DNA of 64,000 bases from Gammaproteobacteria bacterium. Its GTDB lineage: Bacteria > Pseudomonadota > Gammaproteobacteria > Eutrophobiales > Eutrophobiaceae. Shown here piece by piece: positions 11,192 through 19,999 of the stretch. The stretch spans positions 576,001 through 640,000 of the forward strand of contig CAXMWX010000005.1 in the NCBI GenBank assembly GCA_963422205.2. Direction: 5' to 3'. The notes beneath the pieces were generated by a model. It searched no databases and had not been told where the DNA came from. It worked only from the letters and a program-made list of their open reading frames with translations. The translations under genes and the position numbers were made by a program. Within the stretch, counting starts at the first letter, position 1, and every line of letters begins with the position of its first letter.

Positions 11192-11276
11192 CTGGCGAGG
11201 TTGACTGGCGAGGTTGACCAGCAAAAGCGGTGAGGCCGCCGCCAATGCTCTCATGGCCTGCAACCACACATCGGGC

Positions 11277-11999
11277 CTAATACATGTGCTGACCGCCGTT
11301 AATACTCAGTGTTGACCCGGTAATAAAACCCGCCTCATCAGCCACCAGAAAGCGCACGGCGCGCGCTATCTCGCTGGCCTGCCCCAGGCGTCCGACCGGG
11401 ATCCCGGCGATGATCTTCTCCAGCACATGCTGTGGTACGGCGCGCACCATGTCGGTGTCAATATAGCCCGGGGCGATGGCGTTCACCGTGATGCCCCTGG
11501 CAGCACCTTCCTGCGCCAGCGCCTTGGTAAACCCATGAATACCGGACTTGGCAGCCGCATAGTTGACTTGGCCATATTGACCGGCCTGACCGTTGATAGA
11601 GCCAATATTGACGATACGCCCAAACCCCCGCTCACGCATACCCTCAATCACCGCCCGGCACATGTTAAAACACGACCCCAGATTGGTCTGGATCACGCTG
11701 TCCCACTGCTCAAAATTCATCTTGTGCATCGTCCCGTCCCGGGTAATGCCGGCATTGTTGATAAGGATATCTACCGGGCCAAGCGCACCCTCGATCTGTG
11801 CCACCGCCTGCTGCACTGCCGAAAAGTCACCGACATCGAATTTCCAGGTCTTTATGCCAGTGGTATCAGTAAACTGCCTGGCTGCCTCATCATTACCTGC
11901 ATAACTCGCCGCCACGTTATAACCTGCTTCTTTCAGACCCGTTGAAATCGCACCACCAATACCGCGCGTACCACCGGTTACTATTGCCACTCTTGCCAT
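11277..11999 (-). CDS. phbB: Acetoacetyl-CoA reductase
   Basis: VTGGTRGIG, NNAGITRD, SINGQAGQYGQVNYAAAKSG, INGGQHM. Confidence 0.92.
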   Translation of the reverse strand: MARVAIVTGGTRGIGGAISTGLKEAGYNVAASYAGNDEAARQFTDTTGIKTWKFDVGDFSAVQQAVAQIEGALGPVDILINNAGITRDGTMHKMNFEQWDSVIQTNLGSCFNMCRAVIEGMRERGFGRIVNIGSINGQAGQYGQVNYAAAKSGIHGFTKALAQEGAARGITVNAIAPGYIDTDMVRAVPQHVLEKIIAGIPVGRLGQASEIARAVRFLVADEAGFITGSTLSINGGQHMY

Positions 12000-12217
12000 T
12001 GCCTAGTCACCCCCGCTTGCCAATTCAAGCTGGTTGTTTTCATTTTAACAGACACAAAAGATAGCAAAAAAAAAGCCGCTTTTACAGGGAGACGGCAATT
12101 TTAACGCGATTTTCATAAAAACCTTCACGCCATTCACAGATGCTGGTTTGCAGGAACAAAAAACCTTGGCTATAGTCTCAGGAGAATAACCTTACCCGGT
12201 ATCTTTGAGGTACTGAT

Positions 12218-13573
12218 ATGCCTCCTTACATACACATCTGCCCTGCTATCCTGCTGCTGCTCTTACCCGCTTATCCACCAGGCACCGCTGCCGATAACAA
12301 CACCCCCGAAACCCCGAACACGTCAGCACACCAGAAGATCAGTGCGGCGGAGGCTGCCGAACGCAAGCAGACAGCAAACCGGTTTGCCGAAGAGATAAAA
12401 AGACGGGAGGCTGAATACGGTATTTATGATGCAAAAACCGCTGAATATCTGCTCAGTATCGGCCTGTTGCATCAAGCTGCTGGCAACCACAGCCAGGCGA
12501 TCGGGGCATTGGCACGTGCCCTGCAAATTCAGCGGGTGAACGATGGGCTGCAAAGCGCCAGCCAGTTGATCATCTTGGAACAACTCATCAAAAGCCATAT
12601 CGCCAGCGAGAACTGGGCTGAGGTGGACAAAAATTTCCATCAGCTATTGTGGATCAACCGGCGCAATTATGACCCGGGCGACCCCCGGTTGCTGCCCGTG
12701 ATTGACCGGGTAGGCCGTTGGAAGCTGAAGGCCTACAAAGACGAGTTGCTGGCAGAAAACCCAGTGACGACCCTGCAGGAAGCGGCCAGCCTGTTTACCA
12801 GCACGATCGCCATCCTGGACAAGGAATACGGGGCGCACGCCCCGCTGCTGGTGGATGCGCTTTATGGCGAGGCACTGACCAATTATCAGGTCGCCTTTCA
12901 ACTGCTGCTAACGCCACTGGATGAGTTTCACGGGCGAGGCAGCCCGGACACCTTGCAGACGGTGTGTACACCCATCAGACTCCCCAATGGCCGGATGAGC
13001 CAATCCTGCCGCACGATCAGGGTACCCAACCCGGGCTACTATGCAGGCCGGCAACAAAACAAGAATTTCTCTGTTGCCACCCAGGTCGGCAAAGTCGGCA
13101 AGTCCTTGAAACGGATCATCGCCATCCATGAAGCCAACCCCACACTCCCCCGGCAGCAACATGCGATGGCCCTGGTGCATCTGGGTGACTGGAACCTGCT
13201 GCAAAACCGGCGGACAACCGCATTGCGTGTCTACACGCAAGCATATCAGTTGCTGGCAGGCGACCCGGCGAGCGAAGAGAAACTGCAACGGCTGTTTGGC
13301 AAACCGGTCAGTATTCCGGCCCTGCATCTGCCGCTGCCTGAAGTGGATAAGCAGCTAGATGAGGAGGAGAACAAGGCGTATGCGCTGGCGACATTTGATG
13401 TCTCACAAAGCGGCACACCCAAAAACATCACCATCATCGAGACTCACCCCCCGGCCAGCAAGTCCGCCAGCCGCAAGGCGAAGAAATCGATCAAGGCACG
13501 GCGCTATCGCCCGCGTTTTGTCGATGGGCAGCCGGTAGAGACGACTGGCAACAGGATACGGGTGCTGTTATAA
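12218..13573 (+). CDS. Exported TPR-like protein with C-terminal TonB-C domain
   Basis: Signal peptide, helical repeats, C-terminal FDVSQSG..NITII..RYRPRFVDGQPVET typical of TonB-C. Confidence 0.7.
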   Translation: MPPYIHICPAILLLLLPAYPPGTAADNNTPETPNTSAHQKISAAEAAERKQTANRFAEEIKRREAEYGIYDAKTAEYLLSIGLLHQAAGNHSQAIGALARALQIQRVNDGLQSASQLIILEQLIKSHIASENWAEVDKNFHQLLWINRRNYDPGDPRLLPVIDRVGRWKLKAYKDELLAENPVTTLQEAASLFTSTIAILDKEYGAHAPLLVDALYGEALTNYQVAFQLLLTPLDEFHGRGSPDTLQTVCTPIRLPNGRMSQSCRTIRVPNPGYYAGRQQNKNFSVATQVGKVGKSLKRIIAIHEANPTLPRQQHAMALVHLGDWNLLQNRRTTALRVYTQAYQLLAGDPASEEKLQRLFGKPVSIPALHLPLPEVDKQLDEEENKAYALATFDVSQSGTPKNITIIETHPPASKSASRKAKKSIKARRYRPRFVDGQPVETTGNRIRVLL

Positions 13574-13760
13574 AAAAATAAGCGTTGTACTGGATAATCA
13601 CCCTGTATGGGATTTAAGCCATCGTATTGACTGCTTTATCGGCTGCCGGAATTGTCAAATCCCCATTCGCACACGTGCAAAAAACAGCAGGAAATGTTTG
13701 CCAGGGATGCCATTAACACATGCTTTCTGTGGTTGGATAACGAAAGGCGGCTAAGAATAT

Positions 13761-14702
13761 ATGCCAAATAAATCCCATGTTAACAAAAGCCATATCGCCA
13801 TAAACAGTCAAAAGAAAAAGGGTATCAGGCACAGTTCTGAAATTAATATAACAACTCATGAGACCCAAAATACCCTCCATGCCGTTTTTATTGAAGACGC
13901 TGTACACATCTTAAAGCAACTCCCTGACTCTTCCGCTCAACTGATATTGATTGATCCCCCCTACAATTTAGCTATGGACCACTGGGATGCTTTTGATAAC
14001 TACCTGGATTGGGCGAGGACATGGATAGATGAGATCTTCCGGGTATTATCCGATACTGGCAGTTGTGTGATTTTCGGCGGTTTCCAATACCAGGACTTGA
14101 AACAAGGCGACCTGCTGGAAATACTGCATTACACAAGGCATTATACCCGGCTCCGTTTCATAAATTTAATTATCTGGTATTACAAAAACGGCATGAGTGC
14201 ACAGCGTTTTTTTGCCAACAGGCATGAAGAGGCAATATGGCTGTCAAAGACAAATAAGTATTATTTTAATCTTGATTCAGTGAGAGTACCCTATAGTGAG
14301 GAGACCAAAAAACTTTATAAAAAAGATAAGCGATTAAACCCTGAAAGTGTGGAAAAGGGGAAAAACCCCACAAATGTTTGGGAAATAAGCCGGCTTAATG
14401 GAAACTCAAAAGAAAGAGTCGGGCACCCTACGCAGAAACCGGTTGAAGTAATTCGCAGATTTGTACGAGGATTATCATACCCCGGTGCTACGGTTTTAGA
14501 TTTTTTTGCCGGCTCAGGCACCACCGGGCGCGTTTGTATAGAAGAGGGGAGAAATTCTGTGCTGATAGATAATGATCCCATGTTAAAAAAATACCTCCAA
14601 TTACATCTATCTCAAATAAAAAATGATATGTTTATCACGCCTTATTCAATTCTAAACAACATAAGTGTGGAAACGGCAATAGATAAAATATTAAAAAATT
14701 GA
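13761..14702 (+). CDS. Beta-class N6-adenine DNA methyltransferase, M.RsrI-like (predicted GAATTC)
   Basis: DPPY before FAGSG; NGMSAQRFFANRHEE, KDKRLNPESVEKG, RLNGNS.ERVGHPTQKP segments match M.RsrI as recalled; AT-rich. Confidence 0.88.
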   Translation: MPNKSHVNKSHIAINSQKKKGIRHSSEINITTHETQNTLHAVFIEDAVHILKQLPDSSAQLILIDPPYNLAMDHWDAFDNYLDWARTWIDEIFRVLSDTGSCVIFGGFQYQDLKQGDLLEILHYTRHYTRLRFINLIIWYYKNGMSAQRFFANRHEEAIWLSKTNKYYFNLDSVRVPYSEETKKLYKKDKRLNPESVEKGKNPTNVWEISRLNGNSKERVGHPTQKPVEVIRRFVRGLSYPGATVLDFFAGSGTTGRVCIEEGRNSVLIDNDPMLKKYLQLHLSQIKNDMFITPYSILNNISVETAIDKILKN

Positions 14703-14722
14703 TTATTTAGAACAGATGTAGC

Positions 14723-15180
14723 ATGAAAAAGAACCAGGCAGACAGACTTAGCAAGCAACACAAAAAAGTAAAGGTCAAGGGGGGATATTTGGAAAGTCTG
14801 CACAAAAACACGATGTTTCAGTTAAAGATGTATCAAAGCTGGCATTTCAATCGCTTGTGAAAGAGTTTCCAGGGCTGGCATTTCGCTATCGAGAACAAAT
14901 TCAAAAGAAAGCAATTAATCAAAAGCTAAATGAACTGGATAGTCGGCTAGGCATTACGCTTTATGTGGCAAAATCTGCTATTAAGCCTGATGGCGGAATC
15001 ATTGAAGTGAAGGATAAACAAGATCGATGGAGGATTGTTCTTGTATCGGAAGCAAAACACCAGGGGAAAGATATTGAAAATATCAGCAAAGGAGTTTTAG
15101 TCGGGAAAATGAAGAATCAAGACATTATGGTCGCAGGAAATGCCATAGAACGATCTCATCCAGATACTTTACCTGGATAG
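14723..15180 (+). pseudogene. EcoRI/RsrI-family restriction endonuclease, frameshifted and 3'-truncated
   Basis: MKKNQADRLSKQHKK, then a shift at an A6 tract into SKGQGGIFG..IKPDGG..EAKHQGKD..GNAIERSH; similarity ends abruptly near 15160. Confidence 0.85.
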
Positions 15181-15987
15181 ACGCCGGGCCAGCGATTTTA
15201 ATATCGCAATGCGTTCGGTGGATGAGGGATGTGTGCCGACAAATCCACCTTGGCGATGTTTCTGTGATTTATACAATAATTCCTGTAACCTGACGGCGGC
15301 TTGGGGTTCAAACCCGGCCTCAACCATCCAGACTGTACCGATATAATCGGCCTCACGCTCATTCTCCCGGCTGTAGCGGGTGGCCTCGGCCGTGCGCCAG
15401 GACGATGCCGTCCGGCGGCTTTTTTGCCTTGCCTCCTCGCCATGATCAAGCACGATATGGCCCAACTCATGGCCGATCAAAGCAGCCGCCATGTGCATAT
15501 CATCACCCAGCATATCCAGCATGGCAAAATTGATACCGATCAGGTTTATCTCAACCGCCTCATCATCCTCAGCAACCTTGCCCGGCGGGCCGCCTGTTGT
15601 CCTGGCCATCACGCCGGAACCGCTGGCCTGCTGCTCACGTTTTTTTGCCATCTCCTGCTCTGTGAGTAACCGGCCCTTGACCTTGGTGGCAAAGGCATTC
15701 GGCGCCTGGCCATCGACAATCACCAGCATGGCATTGACCTCAGCAGCCTTTTCGATCCCCTTCAAGGCCGCATAAATACGCAGCAACTGCCGGGTGGGCA
15801 AGGTCTTCAGCAAGCGTCCTTTATCATCATGCAGATCAACCGTATCACCATCGCTCGCCAGCAGGTCACGCACATCCCAGGTGTAAGTGAACGGCGCAGC
15901 TGAGACGATATTGACCGACAGTAATGAGACGATGCAAAGAACAAGCCATCGGTGCTGATATGTTTTTTTACGCTGACATGTACGCAT
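15169..15987 (-). CDS. M48-family zinc metallopeptidase, exported
   Basis: PNAFA, HELGH, EREAD, THP motifs; N-terminal signal. Confidence 0.85.
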   Translation of the reverse strand: MRTCQRKKTYQHRWLVLCIVSLLSVNIVSAAPFTYTWDVRDLLASDGDTVDLHDDKGRLLKTLPTRQLLRIYAALKGIEKAAEVNAMLVIVDGQAPNAFATKVKGRLLTEQEMAKKREQQASGSGVMARTTGGPPGKVAEDDEAVEINLIGINFAMLDMLGDDMHMAAALIGHELGHIVLDHGEEARQKSRRTASSWRTAEATRYSRENEREADYIGTVWMVEAGFEPQAAVRLQELLYKSQKHRQGGFVGTHPSSTERIAILKSLARRLSR

Positions 15988-16270
15988 AGCTTTACCCTGA
16001 TAGAGATAAACCGCCGCTATCCACTGGGACGATACGGCAACTGTTTAGTTTCAGCAAGCCAGCAGATACCCGGCAACACCCGCCTGCCCCCCTTGGCCTT
16101 GCAACATGGTTATTTTAATATACACAAAAACAACCAGTTACAGCAGGCTTGCAAGTCATCTGCAAATGCCCGATATTAAGCCGCTTAATCAAGGCAAAAG
16201 ACAACCCGCCTCGCCCAGGACAGGCCGGGGAACATTATGCCGCCGCCACTATCGAAAACCATAAGGCTGT

Positions 16271-17074
16271 ATGGCAGACACAGACAAGATGAATACCAGC
16301 ACAAAACCCCTGAAAATTGCCATGGGGATCGTGATCGCAGGCATCGGCTTGTCTGCCTGTGTGAGTACGCCCACCAGGCCCCCCACCTCCAGCACGAGCG
16401 AACTCTCCGGGCCGCCGCAGGCATCAGGCAAACAGACAGACAGCGAGGCCACCGCCGAACAACACACCACGGCAACACCGCCAGCGCAACCCCAGACCCA
16501 GCCCTCCGCTGAACACACGGACAACACCGCCGCCAGCAGCCGGACAGATGATGAAATTCTGGCAGAGGCGCTTGAAGTCTTTGCCGGGCAATCCAAAGAC
16601 ATGGACGGGGACATGGGCGGCGACCCGCCCGGCAGTGCGAACACAGAAGCCGAAAAAACCGAGCAGCTTGATGAGGAGTTAAATGATCGGTTTGCCGAAT
16701 TCGATCGCCTGATGTTAAAGAAACGCCAGGCAGTGCAAGCCGAGGCTAACCGTGAGGGCAGCGGTCGCCGCATGGACCTGGGCAATGGTTCGGGCAGCAA
16801 CGGCGTATTCGGCGATGAGGATGGCGACATGGACGCCCTGCACAGCGCCAATGCCCGCCCGTCACGGCCATCGCAAGACAGCCGCCAGCGCCATGGCAAT
16901 GAGCCTGTCGCTGCCGATGTGCAAAGCGAAAGTCACGTGCCGGAAGATCTCGCCAGTACGGAAGGTGATGATGTGATCGCCCGGCAGTTGCGCGAGGCGG
17001 CAATGAAAGAACCTGATCCGGAATTACGGGAGAAACTGTGGGATGAATACCGTAAATACAAAAAGAGCCTGTGA
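16271..17074 (+). CDS. Hypothetical lipoprotein, largely low-complexity, ordered C-terminal helix
   Basis: Lipobox LSAC; C-terminal DDVIARQLREAAMKEPDPELREKLWDEYRKYK. Confidence 0.7.
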   Translation: MADTDKMNTSTKPLKIAMGIVIAGIGLSACVSTPTRPPTSSTSELSGPPQASGKQTDSEATAEQHTTATPPAQPQTQPSAEHTDNTAASSRTDDEILAEALEVFAGQSKDMDGDMGGDPPGSANTEAEKTEQLDEELNDRFAEFDRLMLKKRQAVQAEANREGSGRRMDLGNGSGSNGVFGDEDGDMDALHSANARPSRPSQDSRQRHGNEPVAADVQSESHVPEDLASTEGDDVIARQLREAAMKEPDPELREKLWDEYRKYKKSL

Positions 17075-17075
17075 G

Positions 17076-18275
17076 ATGAATGTTGCCAACACGCTGCCCG
17101 CCGTGCTGCTGTTGTTTGCCGGCCTGGTGCTGTCCGGTTGTAACTCCACCACGGTCAAGACCACCGCACACGAGCAAGTGATCACCGCCAATGACAGCCT
17201 GCCGGAAGACCTTATCCTTGATGTCGGCATAGGTATTTTTAATCCGGGCGTGGATAGCCTGAGCGCCAGAGAGGAAGGCGTGTACCCGCAGATCCGAAAG
17301 GCCGAGGCCCGTTACATGCCCCGCCTCATGCAACAGACCCTGCAACAAACGGGCAACTGGGGCGCTGTGCGGGTGATCCCTGAGCGCCTGAGCGAGATGG
17401 ATGTCTGGGTGGATGCCGAAATTCTCAGATCCGATGGTGAAAACCTCTGGTTACAGGTGCAGGTGCAAGATGCCAGCGGGCGGGTGTGGTTCAATAGAAA
17501 ATACACCGAACAAGCGAGTAAATTTTCATACGATACCGCCATCGGCGGACGCGTGGAGCCTTTCCAGGGGCTGTATAACAAAGTCGCCAACGACATGCTG
17601 CAATACCGTCGGCAGTTGAGTTTCAATGAACTGCAAACCATACGCACAGTGGCTGAATTGAAGTTTGCCAAGGCGTTCACTCCGGCGTTGTACAACGGGC
17701 ATCTGCAAGCCGACAAGCGCGGGCGGTACAGTATCACCCGCCTGCCAGCGGCGGGTGATCCGGTGTTTGCGCGGCTGCGGCAGATCCGGGAGCGCGACCA
17801 TATCTTCGTTGATACATTGCAGCAATACTATGACTCTTTTTACCGCCAGATGGAGGTGCCCTACCGGGAATGGCGTGAAGCCTTCTACATAGAAAATGCG
17901 GCCTTGAAAGAAGTGCGCTCACAGGCAAATGCCCGCCTGATTGGCGGTCTGCTGGCCGTTGCTGCCGGCATCCTCGCCCAGGGCAGCGGCAGCCGCACAG
18001 CACGCTCGGCCGGGGCGGTTGGCATCGGTGCGGGCGCCCTGGCTGTGCAAAGCGGCTTGGGCAAACGCCAGGAAGCCAAGATTCACGTTGAGGCGCTGGC
18101 AGAAATTTCAGACTCCCTGAATGCGGAGATCGAGCCACACACAGTGACGCTGGAAGATCGCACAGTGACGCTGACCGGCACAGTAAAAGAACAATATCAG
18201 CAATGGCGTCAGCTATTAAAAGCCATCTACCACAGCGAAACCGGACTGGCAAGTACGCCGCCAGATCAACGGTAG
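17076..18275 (+). CDS. Hypothetical lipoprotein with glycine-zipper-like segment
   Basis: Lipobox LSGC; LIGGLLAVAAG..AGAVGIGAGALAV; starts 1 nt after upstream stop. Confidence 0.75.
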   Translation: MNVANTLPAVLLLFAGLVLSGCNSTTVKTTAHEQVITANDSLPEDLILDVGIGIFNPGVDSLSAREEGVYPQIRKAEARYMPRLMQQTLQQTGNWGAVRVIPERLSEMDVWVDAEILRSDGENLWLQVQVQDASGRVWFNRKYTEQASKFSYDTAIGGRVEPFQGLYNKVANDMLQYRRQLSFNELQTIRTVAELKFAKAFTPALYNGHLQADKRGRYSITRLPAAGDPVFARLRQIRERDHIFVDTLQQYYDSFYRQMEVPYREWREAFYIENAALKEVRSQANARLIGGLLAVAAGILAQGSGSRTARSAGAVGIGAGALAVQSGLGKRQEAKIHVEALAEISDSLNAEIEPHTVTLEDRTVTLTGTVKEQYQQWRQLLKAIYHSETGLASTPPDQR

Positions 18276-18429
18276 ATGCAGGCACAGCCGGACCGGATGG
18301 ACATATCCTGCCCGGCTTGAATGCGCGCTGGCGGCCACGGCTTCCCGAACTTCACGCCGCCTGACCGATACCGGCACTGTCACAGACGAGCGCCGGATTC
18401 AGGCACTGCTTTGAAAAAAATACGCTTCC

Positions 18430-19992
18430 ATGACAAACGCTAATCAGACAAATTCCGGCGTAAGAAAAATTACCCCTGTCAGCATCAAGCCAGGCAACCC
18501 ATCTCACATAGCCGCCGCACAGGCAGACAAACCCATAGCCGCCAACACGCTGTTGCTGGTGATGTTGCCGGTGGTATTTCTGGCCGCATTGGCGGTGATC
18601 TTTGTCCTGCCAGCGATGATCAGCACGCCTGAAACACAGGCCCCCGCTATCGGCCAGCAGCAGGATGATACACCTGCCAAAAATACCGCGGCGACTCGCA
18701 ACCCCGCCGACAGAGCGGCGGCGGCCATATCTCCATGGGAGATGGCACAACAAAGCGAATTACGCAAGCAAACCCAGCATATCCTGGCCGAGATGCTGGA
18801 AGCACAGCAAACCCTGACGGCAAAAGGCGTTGAGGTCTGGGCGAGCGCAGATTATGCCCGGGCGATGCAACACGCCGAAGCAGGCGATCAGCACTACAGC
18901 AAGCAGGACTTCAGCACCGCAAAGACAGAATACAGCCAGGCCCTGGCCATCTTCTCAACGCTACTGGAACGTGTCGATACCCTGTTTGCCGAGGCGCTGC
19001 TTGCCGGACAGCAGGCCCTGCTTGCAGGTGATGCCATTGCCGCCCACACCGCATTCGATCGGGCCCTGCTCATTGATCCCATCGATCGAAAAGCACTGGC
19101 AGGCAAGGCAAGGGCTGAGAACATAGCCGAGGTGTTTGCCCTGCTAAGGCAGGGCGAGGATCTGTTGCAGGAAGACAAACTCTCCGAAGCAAAGGCTTAT
19201 TTTCAACAAGCCTATACCCTGGATAACGCACTGCCGGTGGCGGCCGAGAGGATCCAACACGTGGATGCGTTGATAGAAAACCGCAAGTTCAGCAAGGCCA
19301 TGTCGGCGGGTTTTCAGCAGTTGCAGAATAATCATCTGCAACAGGCACGGCAATCTTTCTCCGATGCCCTTCGCATCTCGCCGAACTCCAAGGATGCCAT
19401 TGCCGCCCTGAACCAGACCAGACACAAGATCACAGCCAATAACATCGCCAGGTTGATGCAACAGGCGAGGGAGCATGAACATAACGAGCAGTGGCCAGAG
19501 GCGCTGGAGAATTATCAAGCGGCCTTAAAACTCGATGCCAATCTTTTGAGCGCACAACAAGGCATCAGCCGGGCACAGCTCTGGGCGGACATTCACAAAA
19601 AAATGACCCAGATTCTCACCCGACCTGAGCGCCTGTATGATCCGGCGGTATTCGCTGAGACGACAACCTTTCTCGCCAATATCAAGCAAGTCGCTGCACC
19701 GGGCGAGAAATTCAAGGCCAAGCTCGCCCGCTTGACCACGGCAATTGCCAGGGCCGGTAGCCCGGTCCCGGTGCGTTTGCAGTCCGACAACAAAACGCAG
19801 ATCAACCTGTATAAAGTGGGGGAGTTAGGCCAGTTTGCCGATAAAGAGCTGGTACTGCGCCCCGGCAGGTATGTCGCTGTGGGGCAGCGGGAGGGCTATC
19901 GTGATGTCAGGGTGGAATTTTTTGTTGAACCCGATAAAGCCATCGAGCCGATCGTGATCGTCTCGCAGGAAAAAATAGCGCTCAGCAAATAG
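18430..19992 (+). CDS. Single-TM TPR-repeat protein with PEGA-like C-terminal domain
   Basis: N-terminal TM; TPR-like repeats (AFDRALLIDP, FSDALRISP, YQAALKLD); LRPGRYVAVGQREGY tail. Confidence 0.75.
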   Translation: MTNANQTNSGVRKITPVSIKPGNPSHIAAAQADKPIAANTLLLVMLPVVFLAALAVIFVLPAMISTPETQAPAIGQQQDDTPAKNTAATRNPADRAAAAISPWEMAQQSELRKQTQHILAEMLEAQQTLTAKGVEVWASADYARAMQHAEAGDQHYSKQDFSTAKTEYSQALAIFSTLLERVDTLFAEALLAGQQALLAGDAIAAHTAFDRALLIDPIDRKALAGKARAENIAEVFALLRQGEDLLQEDKLSEAKAYFQQAYTLDNALPVAAERIQHVDALIENRKFSKAMSAGFQQLQNNHLQQARQSFSDALRISPNSKDAIAALNQTRHKITANNIARLMQQAREHEHNEQWPEALENYQAALKLDANLLSAQQGISRAQLWADIHKKMTQILTRPERLYDPAVFAETTTFLANIKQVAAPGEKFKAKLARLTTAIARAGSPVPVRLQSDNKTQINLYKVGELGQFADKELVLRPGRYVAVGQREGYRDVRVEFFVEPDKAIEPIVIVSQEKIALSK

Positions 19993-19999
19993 GCCGCCA

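Noticed and set aside
14755-14790. Phase variation or programmed frameshift of the nuclease at the A6/G6 tracts
   Set aside because: The gene is also 3'-truncated, so restoring the frame would not give an active enzyme
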